Below the pieces are notes generated by a model, which was not told the origin of the DNA, searched no databases, and was given only the letters and a program-made list of their open reading frames with translations. This document shows, piece after piece, positions 38,432-46,700 of a stretch of DNA of 64,000 nucleotides; within the stretch, counting starts at the first letter, position 1, and the number at the start of each line of letters is the position of its first letter. Source of the stretch: Eubacteriales Family XIII. Incertae Sedis bacterium (GTDB lineage Bacteria > Bacillota > Clostridia > Peptostreptococcales > Anaerovoracaceae); contig JAISTV010000017.1 of NCBI GenBank assembly GCA_031272485.1, positions 4,385 through 68,384 on the forward strand, in the 5' to 3' direction. Position numbers and translations under genes: made by a program.

Positions 38432-38745
38432 ACAGTTATTCGCGAGTATCGGTTGGGCGGATACTCGTTTCGTGGGCGTTATTGCAAGTAATGCACCCGT
38501 TGGTGGAAATCAAATCCCAACTTAATCCTTCATTTTCTATTAGAGGAAGCAATTCTGGCATTTTCGAGGTGAAAAGAGGCTCCCATGCTGCTGCGCGGGG
38601 AGCGGGGCGGGTCATTACTTGCAAAAGCGGACAGATTTCCGGGATTTTGTTGCGCGGTGAGACCGCGGTGCTTATGCCGCCTGGCTGGGGCCTCGTCGTC
38701 AAGGTGTGTCGTTAGAGACCTACCGAGGTCCGCGAGCGGCGGGGC
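38432..38745 (+). ncRNA. candidate structured RNA of unknown class downstream of the 38398 promoter
   Basis: Hairpin CGAGTATC / GATACTCG (38443-38467). Long-range 16-bp helix 38482-38498 / 38609-38624 enclosing hairpins GTTGG..CCAAC, TTTTC-gaggt-GAAAA and GCTCCC..GGGAGC. Then CGCGG-tgaga-CCGCG (38653-38667). The 3' end is undefined. Confidence 0.3.
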
Positions 38746-38748
38746 GGG

Positions 38749-40206
38749 CTACTGTATCCCTGCTAACGTCTTGATCCGGGCTTCGGCTTTTTCTGCGGTG
38801 CCTCTTTCGATCAGGGCCTGGTGGAGGGAGAGCCAGCCGCGGGGGACGCGGGCGGCTAAGTAGCCGGCGGCGCCGGAGCCCAGGCAGATGTCTTCTATCA
38901 GGCGCAGGAGACGGAGGCGCTCGGGAGCCTCGGCGCCGGCGCCGCGGAAGGCTTCGGCCGTCCACTCGCCGAGCGTCTTTCCGGCGGCCGTCTGAACCGG
39001 GATGTCCGCGCTGAAGTCCGCCTTGGAGGGCAGGGAGAGCAGGGTCTCCGCTATGATTCGGAGCGCTATGTGCGTGATCTTGGTGGGCGTCCGCAGAATG
39101 GGCCGCTCCAGCAGAGCCGTAAAGACCGGGTCTATCTTGCAGTTGCCGCCGGATGCCGGCGCCGTTCCGGCGGAGCAGGCGGTCACGAGCGCGAAGAGCG
39201 TTTCGTTCAGTTCGGTCATGCGCGCGAGCGGGTCCTGCACGTCCTGCGCGTAATAAGTCCCGCCGTACTCGGTTGCGAGGCGCACGGCCGCTATAAGCGC
39301 GTCGCCCACGCCGGCTTTTTCCGCCGCGAGCGAATGGGCGCGGTACTCCGCAAACCGCTGCGCGAGCACGCCGGCATAGGCTGCCTCGCCTGCGAGGAAT
39401 ACCCGTTCGTGGGGCACAAAGACATTGTCGAAGAAGAGGAGGGCCTGCTGCTGCCCGAACGCGCGGTTACCCACGTCCGTGTCCGCATAGACCTCCAGGC
39501 GCCGCGTGTCGCTGGGCCGCCGGCCGTAGAGCAGGAAGAGGCCTTCCGCGTCCGCCGGCACCGCAAACGCCACCGCGAAGTTCTTCTGGGATTCGTCGCA
39601 GGCGCCGCCGGGCAGGATGAGGTATTCGTGGCTGCCGAACGCGCCGGCCGGGAAGCGCTTGCACCCGCTCACCACTATGCCCTCGTCCGTCCGCTCCTTG
39701 ATCCGCAAGGGGCCGGCCCCATCGAAGGCGCTCTGCACCGCGCCGCCGTCCTCGGCCGCGCCGCCCACGGAAAAGTCGCTCTCCTGAATGTAGGTCAGAT
39801 ACTTGCGGAAGTTCTCGTGGTAGGCGGTCTGCCCGCTCTCCTCGTCTATCCGCGCGGTGGCGGAGAACACAGCGTTCAGCGCGTCCAGCCCGGGGCTGCG
39901 CCCGGAAAGCGTGGCCGTCCGGAAGGAGATGTCGCGCAGCATGTCCGCCTTGCGCTGCACGTCCGTCCCGCTCGTGAGCAGCTGGGAAAAGCGGCTGATC
40001 CGGTTGCCGGTCTCGGCGGAAAACGCGGTGAAAAGCTCCTGGCCCTCCGCATTTGCCGCGAGGTTGTACGTCATGGCCGCCGCGTTGAGCGTGGGCCGCA
40101 GAATCGGGTGGTCCACCCACTGCGCCTCGCGCACGCCGAACATGTAGACCTGCGTCTTCAGGTCCCGCAAACTCTCCAGATACTCTTTTCCCGTCATGAT
40201 AGGCAT
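38749..40206 (-). CDS. 4-hydroxybutyryl-CoA dehydratase / HpaB-family flavoprotein homolog lacking the AbfD Fe-S ligands
   Basis: GKEYLESLRDLKTQVYMFG...WVDHP.LRP..N...MTY, NAVFS, YIQE.D and the C-terminal RLLRLIEDICLGSGAAGY resemble AbfD. AAGGAG RBS lies 5 nt before ATG 40206 (MPIMTGKEY), preferred over TTG 40224. Confidence 0.8.
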   Translation of the reverse strand: MPIMTGKEYLESLRDLKTQVYMFGVREAQWVDHPILRPTLNAAAMTYNLAANAEGQELFTAFSAETGNRISRFSQLLTSGTDVQRKADMLRDISFRTATLSGRSPGLDALNAVFSATARIDEESGQTAYHENFRKYLTYIQESDFSVGGAAEDGGAVQSAFDGAGPLRIKERTDEGIVVSGCKRFPAGAFGSHEYLILPGGACDESQKNFAVAFAVPADAEGLFLLYGRRPSDTRRLEVYADTDVGNRAFGQQQALLFFDNVFVPHERVFLAGEAAYAGVLAQRFAEYRAHSLAAEKAGVGDALIAAVRLATEYGGTYYAQDVQDPLARMTELNETLFALVTACSAGTAPASGGNCKIDPVFTALLERPILRTPTKITHIALRIIAETLLSLPSKADFSADIPVQTAAGKTLGEWTAEAFRGAGAEAPERLRLLRLIEDICLGSGAAGYLAARVPRGWLSLHQALIERGTAEKAEARIKTLAGIQ

Positions 40207-40301
40207 AGCGTTCTCCTTTATCAATCAGTTTTCACATGTAATTTTAGTATATCCCATCTGCATTTTGATGGGAAGTCGGCGCGCCAAACTTCGCGAAAGA
40301 A

Positions 40302-40330
40302 TTGCCCCCGCGCCGCTTTCCGTTTATAAT
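40302..40330 (+). promoter_or_regulatory. promoter-like site TTGCCC-17-TATAAT, 8 nt upstream of the thiamine pyrophosphokinase ATG
   Basis: TTGCCC at 40302-40307 and TATAAT at 40325-40330; ATG at 40339 with no Shine-Dalgarno sequence between. Confidence 0.45.
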
Positions 40331-40338
40331 AGAGCGAC

Positions 40339-41103
40339 ATGGGAAATGGTGGTCAGAAAAAGGACCGCTGCGTTATAATCACGGCGCAGCAGGCAGACGG
40401 GAGAGTCCCATCCGGCGTATTGCGCGACGGAGATTTTATTGTTTGTGCAGACGGAGGACAAGAGTTCGCCCGCGAGGCAGGTCTCATAGCGGACGCGGTG
40501 GTCGGGGACTTCGATTCCTCTTCGCCGCCGGACCCTGCGCCAGGCACGCAAATCCTCACGCTCCCCGCAGACAAGGACGAAACGGACACCATGGCAAGCG
40601 TCCGGTACGGCATGAGCCGCGGCTTTGAGGACTTTCTGATCCTCGGCGGGCTGTCCGGCCGGATAGACCATACCTATGCGAATTTGCAGACGCTCTCGTA
40701 CCTCACGGACATGCAGTGCCGCGCCCGGATTGTGGACGGCACCGCCCGCGCCCTTATGCTCGACGGGGTGAAGAAGAACGTCTATCAGTTCCTCGCGGGG
40801 CTGGAGACCTCGGCGCCAATGCAAGAGCCCGCGGACGCGGACGCGCAGCCGGCCCTCCCGCCGGAAGGAGACTGCGGTCACCTGACGCTGCCCTACGCGG
40901 AAGGCTGCCGCTTCTCGGTGTTTTCCTTCGAGGAGCAGAGTCTGGGTGTGTGGATCACCGGCGCGCGCTGGCCGCTTGAAAACGCGGTGCTCACGTCTTC
41001 CTGGCCGATCGGGGTAAGCAACGAGTTCCTCCCCGGCCAGGCGGCAGAGATTTATGTGCGCAGAGGCAGGCTGCTGATACTATTGACGAGTAACAAGGAG
41101 TAA
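40339..41103 (+). CDS. thiN: thiamine pyrophosphokinase
   Basis: ADGG....G...D.VVGDFDS ... KDETD ... GG.SGR.DH pattern of the TPK catalytic and B1-binding domains. Confidence 0.82.
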   Translation: MGNGGQKKDRCVIITAQQADGRVPSGVLRDGDFIVCADGGQEFAREAGLIADAVVGDFDSSSPPDPAPGTQILTLPADKDETDTMASVRYGMSRGFEDFLILGGLSGRIDHTYANLQTLSYLTDMQCRARIVDGTARALMLDGVKKNVYQFLAGLETSAPMQEPADADAQPALPPEGDCGHLTLPYAEGCRFSVFSFEEQSLGVWITGARWPLENAVLTSSWPIGVSNEFLPGQAAEIYVRRGRLLILLTSNKE

Positions 41104-41110
41104 AAGAAGG

Positions 41111-41941
41111 ATGGGCAGGCCCGACGGAAGAAAGGTGAAAAGCATTCCGCCTTTCGACAAGGTAATCCCGTACATCATGCCGCAGCGCTACGACGCGACG
41201 AACATGATGGCGGTGGATTTCCCCTACGACATACTGATGAACTACATAGGCAGGCGCAAGCAGGACGGGGTGGTTATCCCCATGATGGCCTGCATTCTGG
41301 CGGCATATATCCGGACGGTGGCGCAGATTCCCGCCATCAACCGGTTTTCGATTTCCAAGAAGATCTACGCCCGCAAGGGAATCTGGACGAGCTTCGTCAC
41401 CCTCAAGGAGCGCGACCGCGGCGGGGAGAAACCCTCTGCCGAGGAGACCGTGGTCAAGCTGTGCTTCACCGGCGAGGAGACCATAGACGAGGTGGCGCGC
41501 CGCGTGACGGAGGCCATAGACGAGAACCGCAAGGCGGCCACGAGCAACAGCATGGACAAGCTGCTCAGCTCCATCTTCGCGGTGCCGCTCATCCCCTCGT
41601 TCCTTGTGAGCCTCATCAAGTTCGCCGACCGGCGCGGTTGGCTGCCCAAGAGCATCATAGACGCCAGCCCGTTTCACACCTCGGTGTTTTTCACGAACAT
41701 GGCGTCCATCCGGGCGTACCCCATCTACCACCACCTCTACGAGTTTGGCACCACGAGCTGCTTCATCTCACTGGGCGTGGACATAAACAACCGCGGCAAG
41801 TACCAGATGAAAGTCTGCACGGACGAGCGCTGCTGCAACGGCGCCACCTACGTACACGCCATGCACCGCTTCCTGAAAGCCCTGCGCCACCCCGAACAAC
41901 TGGAGGCGCCCCCCGAGGAGGTCAAGGAAGACGTGCGATAA
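41111..41941 (+). CDS. 2-oxoacid dehydrogenase acyltransferase (CAT-fold) catalytic-domain-like protein
   Basis: Size and C-terminal ...SLGVD...MKVCTDERCCNGATY..F pattern resemble the E2/CAT fold, where DHRxxDG is expected. Assignment is tentative. Confidence 0.5.
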   Translation: MGRPDGRKVKSIPPFDKVIPYIMPQRYDATNMMAVDFPYDILMNYIGRRKQDGVVIPMMACILAAYIRTVAQIPAINRFSISKKIYARKGIWTSFVTLKERDRGGEKPSAEETVVKLCFTGEETIDEVARRVTEAIDENRKAATSNSMDKLLSSIFAVPLIPSFLVSLIKFADRRGWLPKSIIDASPFHTSVFFTNMASIRAYPIYHHLYEFGTTSCFISLGVDINNRGKYQMKVCTDERCCNGATYVHAMHRFLKALRHPEQLEAPPEEVKEDVR

Positions 41942-42069
41942 CCCTCCCGCGCGGTTTGGCGAAAATAACAGGTGCATTGCCGCGGGTTTTCGTGTAGAAT
42001 AATGATTACACAAGTTTGTAAAGATAATCTATCTACATTTATCTACGTAATCAAAGGAGGAATAGAAAA

Positions 42070-43416
42070 TTGGACTGGAAGAAGATGTACCAAGAGAAGC
42101 TGGTATCCGCTGATGATGCCGCGAAGACCGTGAAATCCGGTGACTGGGTAGAGTATGCATTCGGCGTGGGCGCAAGCTATGCGTTCGAAGAGGCGCTGTC
42201 CAAGAGGCAGAAGGAACTCACCGACGTGAAGATCCGTTGCGACATAGGCGCCTATCCGCACTTCACCCTTGAAAACGACCCGAATCTGGAAACATTCACA
42301 TGGAACTCCTGGCATGTATCCGCGCACGATAAAAAGTGGGTGGGCAACGGCCTGTACTACATCCCCATGAAGTTCCACGAGAACCCGACCATGACCCGCA
42401 ACAACTGCGTACCGGATAACGTATTTGTGGCAATGGTAAGCCCCATGGACAAGCACGGCTTCTTCAGCTGGGGCGCCGGCAATGCTTCTGCGATGGCAGC
42501 CCACGAGACCGCTCAGAAGAACGGCGGCATAACCATTCTGGAAGTCAACAAGAACATGCCCCGCGTACTGGGCGGCGGCGAGGACTGTATCCACATCTCC
42601 CAGGTCAACTATGTAATTGAGGCGGACACCCCGCTTCCGATTCTTGCCCCGGCGCTTCCGAGCGAAATTGAGAGCAAGATCGCTTCCTACATCACCCCGC
42701 TCCTCGTGGACGGCGCCTGCCTGCAGCTGGGCATAGGCGGCGTGCCGAACGCGGTCGGTACCGCCATCGCGGGCAGCGACCTGAAGGATCTGGGCGTGCA
42801 CACCGAGATGTACGTGGACGCGTACCTCGAGATGTACAAGGCCGGCAAGATCTCCGGCGCGTACAAGAACATCGACAAGTATAAGCAGGTGTTTGCGTTC
42901 GCCATGGGTTCGCAGGAACTGTACGAGTTCATAGACGACAACCCGTCGGTGGTAGCCTACGCGGTAGACTACACGAACGATCCGCGCATCATTATGCAGA
43001 TCGACAACTTCGTTTCCATTAATGCCTGTATCGAGGTGGACCTCTACGGGCAGGTCGCTTCCGAGACCGTGGGCACGCGCCACATAAGCGGCACGGGCGG
43101 GCAGCTTGACTTCGTAGAAGGCGCCTTCAAGTCCAAGAACGGCCAGAGCTTCATCTGCATGGCTTCCTCCAAGGAACTCAAGGACGGCACGCGCACTTCC
43201 ACCATCAAGAACATCCTCACGCCTGGTGCCATAGTCACCACGCCGAGAATGGCCACGCACATGATCGTCACCGAGTACGGCATAGCGAACCTCAAGGGCA
43301 AGAGCACGTGGGAACGCGCCGAAGCGCTCGTGAACATCGCGCATCCGGACTTCCGCGAGGAGCTCATTAAGCAGGCGGAAGACCAGAAAATCTGGAGAAA
43401 TTCCAACAAGCGGTAG
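42070..43416 (+). CDS. acetyl-CoA hydrolase/transferase family, butyryl-CoA:acetate CoA-transferase-like
   Basis: AGGAGG RBS then a TTG start. MDWKKMYQEKLVSADDAAK.VKSGDWV, WNSWH, GACLQLGIGG.PNAVG, DLGVHTEMYVDA and IAHPDFR.ELI resemble Roseburia-type But enzymes as I recall them. Confidence 0.82.
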   Translation: MDWKKMYQEKLVSADDAAKTVKSGDWVEYAFGVGASYAFEEALSKRQKELTDVKIRCDIGAYPHFTLENDPNLETFTWNSWHVSAHDKKWVGNGLYYIPMKFHENPTMTRNNCVPDNVFVAMVSPMDKHGFFSWGAGNASAMAAHETAQKNGGITILEVNKNMPRVLGGGEDCIHISQVNYVIEADTPLPILAPALPSEIESKIASYITPLLVDGACLQLGIGGVPNAVGTAIAGSDLKDLGVHTEMYVDAYLEMYKAGKISGAYKNIDKYKQVFAFAMGSQELYEFIDDNPSVVAYAVDYTNDPRIIMQIDNFVSINACIEVDLYGQVASETVGTRHISGTGGQLDFVEGAFKSKNGQSFICMASSKELKDGTRTSTIKNILTPGAIVTTPRMATHMIVTEYGIANLKGKSTWERAEALVNIAHPDFREELIKQAEDQKIWRNSNKR

Positions 43417-43450
43417 CTTACCGCCCGGGAAAATCCCAAGCAAAATTAAG

Positions 43451-43480
43451 AGAGGCGCGCCGCGGCGCGCCTCTTTTCGT
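43451..43480 (+). terminator. intrinsic terminator
   Basis: AGAGGCGCGC-cgcg-GCGCGCCTCT followed by TTTTCGTT. Confidence 0.8.
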
Positions 43481-43529
43481 TCCGCCGAGCGGTTTATAGC
43501 CACCCCACCCGAAAGGGTGAAAACGCCCG

Positions 43530-43599
43530 CCGGAGCCCCCCGTTCTTTGGGTGAGAAGTCGCAAAAAACTTTTTCAAAACGGTGTGTGTTTTTTTCTCC
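43530..43599 (+). repeat. conserved upstream block, copy A (related to 51750-51816)
   Basis: Shares CCGG(G)AGCC..CTTTGGGTGA..CGC(G)AAAAAA..CAAAAC..GTGTTTTTT(C)TCC order with the second copy. Both lie after a terminator and about 90-100 nt before a gene start. Confidence 0.6.
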
Positions 43600-43702
43600 G
43601 CCCCTCCGTTAAACTGCAAACTACGATAAAGTTAAGAGATTTGGGGATACGCCGCGCGGCGCGTAAAGCTGCGGGCGTGGAAGCACACCGGGGGGACTTA
43701 TC

Positions 43703-46700
43703 ATGGAGTTTCGGCAACGAAAATTTATGGGGTTATCGGAAAGACACAGTAAGGCGCTTATAGCGCTCATCTTGTTCGTCACTGTTTTTGTCCTCAGCTT
43801 TTCCGTTATGCAGGTGGAAGCCGCGAGCGGAAACAGCGAGGCAAACGAAGCGCAGATGCGCGAGATTCACGACTTTCGCAAGATTCCCGGCATAACAGAG
43901 GAGCAGATAGCGGCCGTAGAGGCCATCCTCAAGGAGCACGACACGTTTACCTACGGCATGCGAAAGAGCTCGGAGTGTTTCATTGGCCTGGACGGGAATC
44001 CGGCCGGATTCGGCGAGCTGGTCAGCTACCGGCTCTCGGATCTGTTCGGCGTGGAGTTTGAGACCGTGGTCGTGGATTTTCAGGAGCTGCCCAACATGGT
44101 CCGGTTCGGGGAAGTGGACTTCTCCGGCGATTTCGTGGTGACCGGCGCGGACCTGAGCACCGTCTACCAGACACAAACCATGGTGGAGCGCGCCGTGAAG
44201 ATGGCCCGCTTAAACGACGCCACCCCGTTTGAGTACATAGCCAAGGAGCGACCGGTGCGCCTGGCGTTCCTCAACAACGGGCAGAGCCGCATCTTGGTCA
44301 ATCAGCGTGAAGGCGAGATAGAATTCGAGTACGAGGACATAGCCGTGGCGAACCGCGACGAGGCGCTGGCGCTTCTGCGCAGCGGCGAGATAGACGCGTT
44401 CGTCTCCGACTCCTCGCAGGTGGAAGGCGTGACGATACTGGACGACATAACCGTCTCCACGTTCAGCCCGCTCACCTACAAGCAGCTGGGCATAACCACT
44501 TCCTACGAGGAGTACCAGCCCATCCTGGACGTAATAGACCTTTACCTCTCGCAGGGCGGCCTCGCGGAGATGAACGACCTATATACGCAAGGCTACACGG
44601 AATTCTGCCACCACGTCTTTAAGACCAACCTGTCCGAGGAGGAGGCGGCGTGGTACGAGGAGCACATAACGAACGGCACGCCCATAAAGATTGCGGTGAG
44701 CTACTCGAACTACCCGGTGAACTTCTACAACGAGAAAGAGGGCGAGTACGCGGGGATAGTCATAGACATCCTGGCGCAGATTACGGACATTACGGGTCTG
44801 CATTTCCACATCAAGAACCAGCCGGATACGAGCTGGTCGGACATTCTCGCCATGCTGGAAAACGGCGACGTGGACATGGTCGCCGAGCTTCTGCACACGG
44901 CGGAGCGGGAGACCAAGTTCCTCTTCAGCAACCCGTACGCGGAGGACCACTACGTGCTCATCTCGCGCTCGGACACGGCGGCCATTTCGCTGAATCAGGT
45001 GCTTTACGCGAACATAGGCCTGATTACCGACTCGGCCTACGAGGCCATGTATAACGAGTGGTTCCCCAGCAACGGCAATACCACGCAGTACCCCGATCTT
45101 TACGCCGCCTTCGACGGACTCGAGGCCGGGGAAGTCGACTATGTTATGGCCAACGAGAAGGGGCTGCTCATTATCTCGAATTATATGGAGCGCAGCGGGT
45201 TCAAGACCAACCTGCAGTTCGACTATTCGGCCGACTCGCAGTTCGGGTTCAACAAGGACCAGGCCATCCTGGTCGGGATAATCAACAAGGCGCTCTTCCT
45301 CATAGACACGGACGGCATAACCAGCGACTGGAAGCACATGACCTTCGACTACGAGAAGCAGATGGCCAAGAAGCAGACGGTCTACATGATAGGCGTGTGC
45401 GCGCTTCTCGCGGCGCTCATCTTCGTCCTGCTGCTGCTTATGCGGCACCGGCGCATGCACGAAAACCAGCTCGAATCCCTCGTGGCACAGCGGACCGAGC
45501 AGCTCGAGGAGCAGACGCGCGCCACGGAGGCTGCCAGCAACGCGAAGAGCCACTTCCTGGCGAACATGAGCCATGAGATGCGGACGCCTCTGAATGCCGT
45601 CATTGGCCTCTCCGAGCTGACGCTCACGCAGGACTACGAGGAGGAAGAGGTGCGCGGGAACGTAGAGAAGATCTACAACTCCGGCGTGACGCTGCTGGGT
45701 CTGGTGAACGACATCCTCGACCTGTCCAAGATTGAGAGCGGCAATTTCGAGCTGGTGCCGGTGGACTATGACATCCCCAGCCTGATTAACGATACGATTA
45801 CGCTGAATATCATCCGCATAGGCAGCAAGCCTATAGAGTTCAAGCTGGATATAACCGGCGACCTGCCGGCGCGGCTGTTCGGCGACGAGCTGCGCATCAA
45901 ACAGGTTTTCAACAACCTGCTCTCCAACGCGTTTAAGTACACCAAGGAGGGCGAGGTTCTCTGGTCCGTCCGCTGCGAGCGCGACCCGGAGAGGCCCGAG
46001 ACCATGTGGCTGGTTTCCGACGTGCGCGACACGGGCATAGGCATCAAGCCGGAGGACCTGGGCAAGGTGTTCGGCGAGTACAGCCAGGTGGACACCAAGG
46101 CGAACCGAAAGATAGAGGGCACCGGCCTGGGGCTGGCCATAACCCGCAGCATGGTGGAGATGATGGGCGGCTCGCTCACCGTGGAGAGCGTCTACGGCGA
46201 GGGCAGCGTGTTCCATATGCGCGTCCAGCAGGGATGGGTGACCGGCGAGACCATAGGCGCGGCGGTGGTGGAAAATCTGCGTTCGTTCCGTTATGCGGAC
46301 CGGAAGCGTGACCGCAATGCCAGCTTTGTGCGCGCCTTTATTCCCTATGCGCGCGTGCTGGTCGTGGACGACGTGGCGACCAACCTGGACGTGGCCCGCG
46401 GCCTGCTCAAGCCGTACGGTATGCAGGTGGATACGGTCATGAGCGGGCGGGCGGCCATAGAGCAGATTCAGAAGGCCGACGTGAAGTACAACGCCGTGTT
46501 CATGGACCACATGATGCCCGAGATGGACGGCATAGAGGCCACGCGGATTATCAAAAACGAAATCGGGACGGACTATGCAAGAGGGCTGCCGATTATCGCG
46601 CTCACGGCCAACGCGCTGGTGGGCAACGAGGAGATGTTTAAGAACAAGGGCTTCCAGGACTTCCTGAGCAAGCCGATAGATATCATCAAGCTGGACGACA

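Noticed and set aside
38653-38667. T-box-like string GGTGAGACCGCG (compare the canonical GGTGGTACCGCG) in the 38.4-kb spacer.
   Set aside because: It forms a plain hairpin, CGCGG-tgaga-CCGCG. No specifier-loop or stem I features were seen. There is no downstream plus-strand gene for a T-box to regulate.
38585-38863. 92-aa ORF (and the 77-aa ORF at 38482-38715) downstream of the consensus promoter, with an AAGAGG-like RBS.
   Set aside because: The ORF is Arg/Cys/Ala-rich with no motifs and runs 115 nt into the convergent AbfD-like gene. The coding signal is unconvincing, so the region is kept as a non-coding RNA candidate.
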